Origin: an uncultured Ruminococcus sp.
Lineage (GTDB): Bacteria > Bacillota > Clostridia > Oscillospirales > CAG-272
Direction of reading: 5' to 3'
Assembly: GCA_964542035.1 (NCBI GenBank)
Contig: CAZISZ010000002.1
Location: 1-35,953, forward strand
Length of the DNA stretch: 35,953 bases
In this document: in pieces, positions 16,984 through 25,788 of the stretch
Numbering within the stretch: the first letter of the stretch is position 1
Layout: the number at the start of each line of letters is the position of its first letter
Notes under the pieces: generated by a model
Seen by the model: the letters and a program-made list of their open reading frames with translations, nothing else
Told to the model about the DNA's origin: nothing
Database searches by the model: none
Program-made: the position numbers and the translations under genes

Positions 16984-18324
16984 TTAATTTATAAGGCTTA
17001 AATCCAAAAACTCGGCGGGTACGTTTTCTTTTATGATTCGGAGCACGGATTCGACTGTATACGGTGCTTCGCCCACGGCAAGTTCGGAGTTGCTGTAGTG
17101 CGCCGCAACCAGATCGTCGGTAATATGATTTATTGTATATATCTTGGCGTTACGCTTGTCTTTGTCGTGAAAATTAAATATCGGTACTATGCTGTCCGCC
17201 TCAACACGACGACCGTTTTCGTCGATAACAAGATCAAATCTTGCAATGTAGCCTATGTTGTTTGCAAACGTCTCTTGGTTGCTTATAAGGTTTCCGAGCG
17301 AATAGTAGCAAAGCATTCTTCCGCCGTCCGGACGGTCGTACCACTCCGCCGATTGTACCACATGCGGGTGCGTTCCAATTACCACATCCGCGCCGCCGTC
17401 CGCCAAAAGGCGTGCAAGTCTGCGCTGTTCGTCATTTACCGTATGGCTGTTCTCGGTGCCCCAGTGCATAGATACGATAACAAAATCGGCGTTTTCCCTT
17501 GCCGCGGCAAGTTGTCTTTTTATTGCTCTGTCGAGAATTATCGGTAAATAAACGCCGTCTGCGGGAGTTTTATCCTGCCAATATGCGTTGGTGGCATAGG
17601 TGTATGCCAAAAATGCTATTTTCACACCGTCAATGTTCATATAGCGAATGGTTTCGTAGTCCTCAAAACTGCGGTAAAGACCGAGGATCAATGCGTCGAG
17701 CGTGTCGGTATAGTCCATCATGTCTGTCATGGCGCGACCGTTAAGTTCGGGATCGTTTTGTTTCATTTTGTCCGCCATGTGATTGTTGGCAAAGCAAAGT
17801 ACGTCAAAACCGAGATCTATCATATCCTTGCCGAGCTCTTGCGGAGAGTTAAAGCGCGGCCAACCCGCATATCCGTAACGTTCGCCGCACAGGGGCGTTT
17901 CCTGATTTATAAAGGCAATGTCCGCCGTGGATACCATATCGGCTATTTCGTCGTATTTTGAGATAAAACTGTAACTGCCGTCCGCCTGCTTTGCGTCCGC
18001 GATTATTCCTTCGTGAATGAGGTTGTCTCCGGCTGCCACAACCGAAAGGCGCGTTTCCGCGGGTGCGGGCGGCTCGGTTACAGGCTCGGTGATGGGTTCG
18101 GTGTCCGAAACGGCAGGCGGATCGGTTTCCGTATCCGTTTCTGTCTCCGATGTCGGTAAAGAGTTTGTTGAATCACCTTCGGTATCGGCAGAAAGCACGG
18201 GAAGCGGAGAGGATGTGTTTTCGCTGCCGGATGTAAGAGCCGATTGCGGTCCTTTGTCGGAACATGACGCCAGCGATATGATCAGAATACAGCATAAAAG
18301 TAATATCGATGTTGCTTTTTTCAT
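16984..18324 (-). CDS. CapA family (PGA_cap metallophosphatase-like) lipoprotein
   Basis: 446 aa. Lipobox LIISLASC, a Thr/Glu/Pro-rich linker, then AAGDNLIHEG, SMHWGTENS and GTHPHVVQ motifs. Confidence 0.8.
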   Translation of the reverse strand: MKKATSILLLCCILIISLASCSDKGPQSALTSGSENTSSPLPVLSADTEGDSTNSLPTSETETDTETDPPAVSDTEPITEPVTEPPAPAETRLSVVAAGDNLIHEGIIADAKQADGSYSFISKYDEIADMVSTADIAFINQETPLCGERYGYAGWPRFNSPQELGKDMIDLGFDVLCFANNHMADKMKQNDPELNGRAMTDMMDYTDTLDALILGLYRSFEDYETIRYMNIDGVKIAFLAYTYATNAYWQDKTPADGVYLPIILDRAIKRQLAAARENADFVIVSMHWGTENSHTVNDEQRRLARLLADGGADVVIGTHPHVVQSAEWYDRPDGGRMLCYYSLGNLISNQETFANNIGYIARFDLVIDENGRRVEADSIVPIFNFHDKDKRNAKIYTINHITDDLVAAHYSNSELAVGEAPYTVESVLRIIKENVPAEFLDLSLIN

Positions 18325-18388
18325 GATTTCCTCCGTGAAAATTGTACTTTTTCCGAATGTAAAACGGTGGTTGTTTTTGTTTGCGCGA

Positions 18389-19195
18389 TCACATTATGAT
18401 ATCCGAATTATCGCGGCGGAATTTACCGGGAGTAACACCCGCCTCGCGGCGAAAAACATCGGTGAAATAGGATTGCGAGTCAAATCCGCAGAGTCCGGCG
18501 ATTTCAGAGAGTGGCAGAGATGTGTTAATGAGCAGTTTTTGCGCTTCTCTCATGCGTACGTCAAGCAGATAATGCGCGGGGGTGACTCCTATGGAGTTTT
18601 TAAATATAAGGTGAAAATACGATGGGCTTATATGCGCCGAGGAGGCGATATCGTTTAGAGTGAGCGGAGAGGCGTAATTTTCGCGCATGAATTCGGTGGC
18701 ACTGATGATATTGCGCGAAAAACGGCGATATTTTTCGTCGATTGAGCCGAGCAGTTTGCCCGCCGAATAAATGGCGCTTATCAACTCCATAAGCTTGCCT
18801 ACGCAGTACAGCTCGTAGCCCTCTTCACGTTTTGCCCATGCTCCTGTCAGTGCGCGAAATATGTGCGGGGCACGCGTTTCGTCGCAAAGGCGCAAGCTTA
18901 CCTGAAGCGGGCGCAGATATTTATCTTCAAATGCGCGGTCGTGGCAGATAAAATGCACAAATTGACATTCAAAATGCCCTTTGGTGTATCTGCGCGCGCC
19001 GGGACGCGCCACAAGTATGCGTCCCACCTCGCATGGAAATGCTTCGCCGTTAACAAAATTCACCCCGCCGCCGATATCGGCTGTACACAGTTCTATTTCG
19101 TATGCCGGTACAGTGCGTTCTGCCGAATAAAGAGTTTTTCTTACATCGGTTGAGTTGTAGGTGCGGGTCTTTAATATCTCAAGCCCGAATTCCAT
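18389..19195 (-). CDS. AraC family transcriptional regulator
   Basis: 268 aa with an N-terminal cupin-like sensor half and a C-terminal double HTH (LTLNDIASSAHISPSYFHLIFK...SEIAGLCGFDSQSYFTDVFRR). It is divergent from the sugar operon. Confidence 0.85.
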   Translation of the reverse strand: MEFGLEILKTRTYNSTDVRKTLYSAERTVPAYEIELCTADIGGGVNFVNGEAFPCEVGRILVARPGARRYTKGHFECQFVHFICHDRAFEDKYLRPLQVSLRLCDETRAPHIFRALTGAWAKREEGYELYCVGKLMELISAIYSAGKLLGSIDEKYRRFSRNIISATEFMRENYASPLTLNDIASSAHISPSYFHLIFKNSIGVTPAHYLLDVRMREAQKLLINTSLPLSEIAGLCGFDSQSYFTDVFRREAGVTPGKFRRDNSDIIM

Positions 19196-19448
19196 TGCGA
19201 CCTCCTCTTGTCCGTGCGGCGTACAATAATATGATTTTCATATTTTTTCGTACTATTTTGATATAAAAGCATATCTCATAGCAGTATAATGTTCATGTAA
19301 GATTATAATACATATTTTCCGTAAAGTCAATACCGATGACAGAATTACGCGCGCTTTTTAAGAAAACATTCCTTTTAAGTAATAAAAAGACAATTGCGCG
19401 GTGCGTGGCGAGTGATTTCCCCAAAAAAGATAAAAGGAGAAAATTTAA

Positions 19449-20882
19449 ATGAATGCAATTCACGGAAGACCGAAGATAGGTGTGCTTTTGATCGAAGCGG
19501 AGCGTTTTCGCGCACTGGGCGATGGGACGGCTCGCGGTCTTTACTCCGAGCGAAAGGATGCCGAAGCGGCATCGTATATAAAAAGAATTTCCGAATTTGC
19601 CGATGTGGTCTACCCCGGTCCCGTTTGGGAACGCGACGGAGCGGAGCGCGCGGCGCGACTCTTTTATAATGAGGAATGCGATTGCGTTGCCGCGGGTTTT
19701 CTCTCATGGGCGGAGGATTTTGCGTGGATACGTTTTTTGCGCGAGCTGCCGCCAATGCCTTTGTTTTTTATGTCGGTGGTTCGGGACAGTCTGTCGATAA
19801 CCGATACAAATGACGAAGATCAATTTATAGATTTCCTCTCCGCGGGCGCACTTGTGGGCTTTCAGGAGGCAAGCGGATCCTTTCGCCGTTTTGCGCGACC
19901 CATGAGCGAAATGGCGATAGGCACGCTTGAAACCGTTGTGAAAAGACTTGAGGTATTTGCCGCGGCGGCAAGGGTACGCGCCGTTCTTCGCCGCTCCCGA
20001 CTTTCTCTCCTTTCCTGTTTTAACGAGGCGATGTGGGCGACATATGTCGATCCATATAACCTGTTTATGAAAATGGGACCTGAAATACATTTCATCTCGG
20101 TTTCCGAACTTGTAAATGAGATAAATTCCACGCCCGATGAAACGGTGCGGCGCATAGTAGGCGAGCTTACCTCCGTTCACACGGTTTTTCCGAACGTGGA
20201 TATGGCAAAGCTTGACGCATCCGTGCGCGCATCCTACGCCATGGAGCGCGTGGCTGCCGCGGCGGGTACAGATCTTTTGGTGCTTAACGATATCGATACG
20301 GTTCTTTTCCGTGAAGTCGGATTGCGCCCGGGATTTGCGCCCACCTCTGCCGATTCGCCGCTGGTGACCGTTCCCGAGGGAGATATCGGCGGCGGTCTTG
20401 CCACATATATATTGCACGCCCTAACCGGGCGGCGCGCCAACTTTATCGAGCCTTTTTATATTGATCACGTGCGCGGCACGTTTGCTGCGGGTCATGCGGG
20501 ACCCAACGATTATCGCGATCCTGCGGGCAGCATGATAATAGCGCGCGATGAGCGCTTTGCCAAAAGCGGTTGGAAGTACGCGGGCGCGCCGTTTGCATGG
20601 TATGTCTTCCCGGAGGGGGAAAAGACCATGCTGCACATGTCGGAACAAAACGGCAGGATGAAGATGGTGTGCACTGTGGTGGAGTGTTTGCCCACCAAGC
20701 ATTATCTTGCGTCCTATTCCCATGCCGATTTCGCACCGCGCGGAATGTCGCCCGAGGAGCTTTTCCACCGTATCGGATCATGCGGAGTAACACAGCACTA
20801 TGCCATAGCGCCCGGCAACGTTACCGCGGAGCTTTGCGATCTTGCCGCTATGCTTGATTTGGATTTTACGTTGATAGAATAA
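19449..20882 (+). CDS. L-arabinose/L-fucose isomerase family protein (substrate unknown)
   Basis: 477 aa. The N-terminal Rossmann-like part (CDCVAAGFLSWAEDFAWIRFL...PLFFMS) parallels AraA's CAGVITWMHTFSPAKMW region. The C-terminal part (FAAGHAGPND ... GVTQHYAIAPGN) parallels the metal-binding half. Assigned by eye only. Confidence 0.5.
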   Translation: MNAIHGRPKIGVLLIEAERFRALGDGTARGLYSERKDAEAASYIKRISEFADVVYPGPVWERDGAERAARLFYNEECDCVAAGFLSWAEDFAWIRFLRELPPMPLFFMSVVRDSLSITDTNDEDQFIDFLSAGALVGFQEASGSFRRFARPMSEMAIGTLETVVKRLEVFAAAARVRAVLRRSRLSLLSCFNEAMWATYVDPYNLFMKMGPEIHFISVSELVNEINSTPDETVRRIVGELTSVHTVFPNVDMAKLDASVRASYAMERVAAAAGTDLLVLNDIDTVLFREVGLRPGFAPTSADSPLVTVPEGDIGGGLATYILHALTGRRANFIEPFYIDHVRGTFAAGHAGPNDYRDPAGSMIIARDERFAKSGWKYAGAPFAWYVFPEGEKTMLHMSEQNGRMKMVCTVVECLPTKHYLASYSHADFAPRGMSPEELFHRIGSCGVTQHYAIAPGNVTAELCDLAAMLDLDFTLIE

Positions 20883-20930
20883 TACAGATCGAAAGCAAAG
20901 ATCCTGTCCGAAGGAGATGATATTATAATT

Positions 20931-21440
20931 ATGGAAAAAAAGATACTGCTAATAACGTATGATAACAGCGACGACAGCGAGGTACTGTACCCGCTGTACC
21001 GTATGCGCGAGGCGGGATACACCGTGGATGTTACATCGCTTGAGCGGCGTGTGATAAAATCAAAATATCACTTTACGGTCACCGCCGATCTGTTGCCCGA
21101 AGATGTGGATCCCTCAGCTTATAGCGGTCTTATTCTGCCCGGCGGCACAGCGCCCGAAAAATTGCGGCAAAACGAGGATGTACTTCGTATCGTACGGTAT
21201 TTCGATAAAAATCACCTGCCCATTGCGGCTATCTGTCACGGTCCGCAAATACTTATCAGCGCGGGAATTATCGGCGGTCGCCGTGCCACCTGTTACCCGG
21301 GTATTCGCGACGATCTTATAAACGCAGGCGCACTTTATGAGGATAGCGAGGTCGTGCGCGACGGAAATACGGTAACCTCCCGCCGTCCCGAAGATCTTCC
21401 GGCGTTTATGCGCGAATTTGTTCGCCTGCTCGGTGAGTGA
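20931..21440 (+). CDS. DJ-1/PfpI family protein (PfpI-type intracellular protease/deglycase-like)
   Basis: 169 aa with the nucleophile-elbow motif AAICHGPQILISAG and GGTAPE. Confidence 0.85.
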   Translation: MEKKILLITYDNSDDSEVLYPLYRMREAGYTVDVTSLERRVIKSKYHFTVTADLLPEDVDPSAYSGLILPGGTAPEKLRQNEDVLRIVRYFDKNHLPIAAICHGPQILISAGIIGGRRATCYPGIRDDLINAGALYEDSEVVRDGNTVTSRRPEDLPAFMREFVRLLGE

Positions 21441-21515
21441 GCGATAACACATTGAAATAAATCTGTTGATAACACAACAAAACATTAAGTTAAAAGCCAA
21501 AAAGGAGAAAAAACC

Positions 21516-23330
21516 ATGTCTTTTATGTTCAATCCATTTCCGTATGACGATCCATCGGCTGTAAATAAAATAGACGCACGCGGAATAGATACATCCTGCG
21601 CCGCTGTCGGTAACACAGCGGTGGAAAAGGCGCTTGCGGATGTTTTAAGTCGAGGCGGTATTGTTGCCATCGACGGCTATACGACCGCGCCTTTCGAGTC
21701 TGTTCTTGCAATGGCGAAAAATGTTAAGACCGTTGCAGTATCTTCGATATACAAATCCGCGGATGAACTTCGCGAGCTTTTTCGCGATAATTTGCCGGAG
21801 GACAGAGAAAAAGATCCGGTTTTGCTTTACGGCAAGCTTTTTAAAGAGGGCTATGCGGGGATATTCGACTCCGAAAAGCTTGCGGCGCTTTGTGAAAGTT
21901 TGAAAGCCGCCAAGGCGTCCGGAGATGCGATACTTCTTTGGGGATTCGGCGCACTCTCCGATGAGCTTGCTCCGCTTTCGGATATCAAAATCTTTTGCGA
22001 TATTACGCCCAAGTGTGCGGTACTCAATATCAAACGCGGCGGATTTTTAAACCTTGGCTCGGACAGCGAAATGCCTTTTAAAGTCACAATGCGACGTTGC
22101 TATTACGTTGATTTTGAATTGGCGTTTTCCCTGCGTTCCAAACTTTTGGCATGCCGCGGGATAGATTACTACATTGCGGGCGACGATCCCGCGGCGCTGA
22201 CCATGCTCTCCGCCGAACTGCTTTATTCGCTTATCGATCGAGTAACGGATTCGCCGTTCCGTCAGCGCCCGGTTTATCTTGAGGGCGTTTGGGGCGGATA
22301 CTACACTATGGGTGTGCGCAAATTGCCGGATACCATGAAAAATTGCGCGTGGGTATTCGATATGATCCCAATGGAGGTCTCCACCGTTATAGATGCAGGC
22401 GATTTTACGCTTGAGGTTCCTTTTTACACCGTTGTTTCCTCGGTAGGCGAAAAACTGATGGGGCGTAAGTGCCTTGAAGAATTCCACGGATTTTTCCCGA
22501 TCCGTTTTAACTATGACGATACTTTCCATGCTGCCGGAAATATGTCGGTACAGCTTCATCCGGGCGAAGACTTTGTGACAAGTGAGAACGGCGAACTCGG
22601 GCGTCAGGATGAGAGTTACTATGTTTTTGTCACGGGGCAGGGCGCGCGTACCTACCTTGGTTTTCGCGACGGAGCGGATGTTGACGAATTTGTGGAGGAA
22701 GTGCGCCGCAGCGAGCGTGAGCATACCGAGATCGACTACAAGAAATATATTTACGGAGTTCACAGCGAGCCCGGCACACAGGTGATGATTCCCGCAGGCA
22801 CCATACATGCATCCGGTCAAAACCAGGTGATCTTGGAGATAGGTTCACTGACTGTCGGTTCGTATACATACAAAATGTACGATTATCTGCGCCGCGATCT
22901 TGACGGCAACCCGCGCCCCATACATTCTTATTACGGTGCGCTTAACCTCAATCACGCAATGACCGAATCTTATGTTAAGGAGAATCTCGTAAACGGTCGC
23001 AGCCGTGTTTTGCGCGAAGATGAAAACGGTCGCGAGATAGTAGTGGGCGAGTGCGATCAACTGTATTTCTCGCTTCGTAACCTTGTTTTCGGAGATTACT
23101 TTACAGATGATACAAAGCGATATTCGGAGAGCGGTGACTTCTTTGTATATGCTCTCGTTGACGGTGAGGATGTTACCGTACGCAGCAAGGCGGATCCCGC
23201 GCGCGCTTACAGAATGAAATACATGGATATGGTTGTTATTCCCGCGTCTATGGGTGAGGTTGAACTTATAAACAACAAGCCCGGAACATGGACGGTTATG
23301 CACAAAACAATGCTTAAACGCGAAGTTTGA
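21516..23330 (+). CDS. Class I mannose-6-phosphate isomerase-like cupin protein with a long N-terminal extension
   Basis: 604 aa. It has the PMI-type motifs MSVQLHPGEDF, ESYYVF, IPAGTIHASG and SYTYKMYDYLRRD. The first ~250 aa match nothing I recognise. Confidence 0.6.
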   Translation: MSFMFNPFPYDDPSAVNKIDARGIDTSCAAVGNTAVEKALADVLSRGGIVAIDGYTTAPFESVLAMAKNVKTVAVSSIYKSADELRELFRDNLPEDREKDPVLLYGKLFKEGYAGIFDSEKLAALCESLKAAKASGDAILLWGFGALSDELAPLSDIKIFCDITPKCAVLNIKRGGFLNLGSDSEMPFKVTMRRCYYVDFELAFSLRSKLLACRGIDYYIAGDDPAALTMLSAELLYSLIDRVTDSPFRQRPVYLEGVWGGYYTMGVRKLPDTMKNCAWVFDMIPMEVSTVIDAGDFTLEVPFYTVVSSVGEKLMGRKCLEEFHGFFPIRFNYDDTFHAAGNMSVQLHPGEDFVTSENGELGRQDESYYVFVTGQGARTYLGFRDGADVDEFVEEVRRSEREHTEIDYKKYIYGVHSEPGTQVMIPAGTIHASGQNQVILEIGSLTVGSYTYKMYDYLRRDLDGNPRPIHSYYGALNLNHAMTESYVKENLVNGRSRVLREDENGREIVVGECDQLYFSLRNLVFGDYFTDDTKRYSESGDFFVYALVDGEDVTVRSKADPARAYRMKYMDMVVIPASMGEVELINNKPGTWTVMHKTMLKREV

Positions 23331-23349
23331 GGCAACCGATGTCGACAAT

Positions 23350-24273
23350 ATGACAATGAAAAAATGCATTTACGCTCTCGATGCGGGCGGAAGTTTTTTA
23401 AAAAGCGGGCTGGTGGATACCGATACAATGGAGGTCATCAACGGCACCCGCGATTCGGAGGCTGTAAATTCTGCCAGCGGCACTGTGCCCGAGATACGTG
23501 CGGCGTATGCCTCGATTGCCGCGCGTGCTAAAGTAAATGCCGAAACGCGGGGGTACGAAATAACGGCGGTGGGGATGGATACGCCGGGGCCTTTTGAGTA
23601 TTCAAGCGGGACATTTTGCATGCGGCACAAATATACTGCGCTTTACGGCATTTCGGTTTTGCAGTGGTTTGCCGAGGATATCCCATGCGTGCCCGTACAT
23701 ATAATTCACGATTCCTCCGCGTTTATACTTGGCGCGTCCCGCGCTGTGTCCCCCGAGCGGCGGGCGCACGACACTCTTGGCGCCGTTATGATAGGAACCG
23801 GGCTTGGTTTTTCTTTAATGCGAGACGGTGTACCGCTTACAAATGAGGTCGGCGGACCGAAAGTCAGTATCTATCGTAATCACATTTGCGGCACGGAAGC
23901 GGAGGAGCTGATTTCCGCGCGCGGTATTACAAACAGATACGCCGCGCTGGCGGGGATATCTGGTGAACATCTGGATGCAAAAACGGTTGCCATACGCGCA
24001 CGTTCTGGGGACGGTGCGGCGCGTGAAGTCTATGCGGAAACCGGTAGATTGCTTGGCAAGTTGTTGCAACCTATACTGAGTGAATATGATGCGCACACTC
24101 TTTTACTCGGCGGGCAGATCTCGCGTGACGCCGAATTGTTTACGCGCGAGTTGAGCGCCGCCCTGCGCGGGGTGGATGTTATGCCCGCGGTCGAACTTGA
24201 CGACGCCCATCTTATAGGCGTTGCCGTGAGTTTTTCCTTGACAGCAGGTAACAACGGCGGGATCTGCAAATAA
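23350..24273 (+). CDS. ROK-like / ASKHA-fold sugar kinase
   Basis: 307 aa with IYALDAGGSFLKSGLVD (phosphate-1), HDSSAF and IGTGLGFS. The usual ROK CxCGxxGC zinc motif is absent. An alternative start at 23356 is possible. Confidence 0.6.
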   Translation: MTMKKCIYALDAGGSFLKSGLVDTDTMEVINGTRDSEAVNSASGTVPEIRAAYASIAARAKVNAETRGYEITAVGMDTPGPFEYSSGTFCMRHKYTALYGISVLQWFAEDIPCVPVHIIHDSSAFILGASRAVSPERRAHDTLGAVMIGTGLGFSLMRDGVPLTNEVGGPKVSIYRNHICGTEAEELISARGITNRYAALAGISGEHLDAKTVAIRARSGDGAAREVYAETGRLLGKLLQPILSEYDAHTLLLGGQISRDAELFTRELSAALRGVDVMPAVELDDAHLIGVAVSFSLTAGNNGGICK

Positions 24274-24291
24274 TTTTTGTACTTATATAAA

Positions 24292-24346
24292 AAACAGGCT
24301 GTTCCGAATGCGAGTCAAGCATCGGTAACAGCCTGTTTGTTTATTT
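24292..24346. terminator. Bidirectional intrinsic terminator
   Basis: Long stem aacaggctgttccga / tcggtaacagcctgtt with one bulge, flanked by an A-run and tttgtttattt, between convergent genes. Confidence 0.75.
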
Positions 24347-24354
24347 GTGTGCGA

Positions 24355-25776
24355 TCAATACTCGCAAGTGGCACTGATTTTACCGTCGCCGGTCATTTCG
24401 ATGACGGTAAGACCGCGGTCGCTGACGATATAATGCTCAATGCCGAGGTTTGCCAGCTTCTCGGCAAAACTCGTCCACGGTGCGTCGTCACTGTCGGATA
24501 TCAGTATGCGCGGGGAGACGGCTGAGATCCATTCATCGGTATTGGATGTAAACAGCCCGTGGTGGTTGGTCTTGGCGATGTCGGCGTGAAGCGCCTCGCC
24601 GAGATCTTTTGCTAAACGGCGTTCGCGACTTGCGTAAAGATCGCCCGATGTAAGATATTTAAGATCGCCGAAGTTAAATATCATGCCAAGGGAGGTGTTG
24701 TTGACACCTTCTGTATCGGTGATGCGCTCGGCCGATGACTCAACTTCTTCTCGGCTCGGATTGAATATATCTACCGCGACCTCTCCGAACTCCAAACGAT
24801 CGCCCTCGCAAATATTACACCGCAACACCGCTCCCTGCGCGGCAAGCAGTTTTTTTATTTTTTTATCAAGGCCTTTGTGCGCGTAGCCGGAATAAATGAA
24901 TTCGCCTATCCTGCCGCCGCGCGATGCAATGTAATCGATAACCTTGTTTATGCCGCCGAAATGGTCGCTGTGCGGGTGGGAGAGAACAAAATAATCAATG
25001 GATTTCAGCCCCATCGCGTCGATAAGTTCGATCACGTGTACAAAGCACGCGGGAAGCCCCGCGTCTATCATTATCGTTTTGCCGTTGGGCAGGACGATAA
25101 CGGTACAATCGCCGGATTTACCGTTGACTCCCGGTACGCTGAGGTCGGGGGCGACGATATGCATGTTTCCGTCGCCTCCGCGGCGCACGATATCACCTGC
25201 GGCGGAGGCAAGTTCGTAGTATCGTTTTGAATGAGCGCGATAGTAGAAGTGCGCACCCAAAAGTCCGTCGTTGCCGCGTGCGGATGTGCCGACGCGTACG
25301 CGGCGGCGCCACTCAAGCTCTGTTCCGGCATATCTTACGGTTTTTATGGCGGCGTCGTGCATAAAGCATTTAAAATCCACCGCTCGCAATGAGGACGGTA
25401 ATTCTATATATTCAAGGCTTTTGCAGTTTTCAAAAACCTTGGGAGCGAGCACTCGCACGCCCTCCGCAAATCTTACACTGCGCAGACGCGGACATTCGGA
25501 AAAAGAGCGGTACGCAACGATATCCACACTGCCTGCAATATCAATGCGAACAAGTGCGGGAAAACCGCTAAAGGTCAACTCGCCGATTTCCGTTATTCCA
25601 TTCTCTATCTTTATTTCTTCCACCTTGTCGCGAAAAGGGAGAAAAGGTGAGCTGTCGGTGTTTTTAAATGGGGCAAGCGCCCCCTTGCCGGATACGGTAA
25701 GCACGCCGTTTGAAAATTCAAACACCGCCTGCTCTCCGCACTTTCCGCGAATGTTGTCGTGTACGTTTATCTTCAT
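24355..25776 (-). CDS. Fusion protein: BspA-type leucine-rich repeats (N-terminal) plus MBL-fold metallohydrolase (C-terminal)
   Basis: 473 aa. The N-terminal ~160 aa are LRR units (ITEIGELTFSGFPALVRIDI..., cap VRYAGTELEW). The C-terminal part has TVIVLPNGKTIMIDAG, HPHSDHFGG (HxHxDH) and KTNHHG. No signal peptide is visible. Confidence 0.75.
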   Translation of the reverse strand: MKINVHDNIRGKCGEQAVFEFSNGVLTVSGKGALAPFKNTDSSPFLPFRDKVEEIKIENGITEIGELTFSGFPALVRIDIAGSVDIVAYRSFSECPRLRSVRFAEGVRVLAPKVFENCKSLEYIELPSSLRAVDFKCFMHDAAIKTVRYAGTELEWRRRVRVGTSARGNDGLLGAHFYYRAHSKRYYELASAAGDIVRRGGDGNMHIVAPDLSVPGVNGKSGDCTVIVLPNGKTIMIDAGLPACFVHVIELIDAMGLKSIDYFVLSHPHSDHFGGINKVIDYIASRGGRIGEFIYSGYAHKGLDKKIKKLLAAQGAVLRCNICEGDRLEFGEVAVDIFNPSREEVESSAERITDTEGVNNTSLGMIFNFGDLKYLTSGDLYASRERRLAKDLGEALHADIAKTNHHGLFTSNTDEWISAVSPRILISDSDDAPWTSFAEKLANLGIEHYIVSDRGLTVIEMTGDGKISATCEY

Positions 25777-25788
25777 CGGTGCATCTCC

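Noticed and set aside
18040-18200. Repetitive GC-rich stretch with ggtttccgt / ggttcggt-like units
   Set aside because: It encodes the Thr/Glu/Pro-rich linker (TSETETDTETDPP...TEPITEPVTEPP) after the CapA lipobox. It is a low-complexity coding region, not a CRISPR array or a non-coding repeat.
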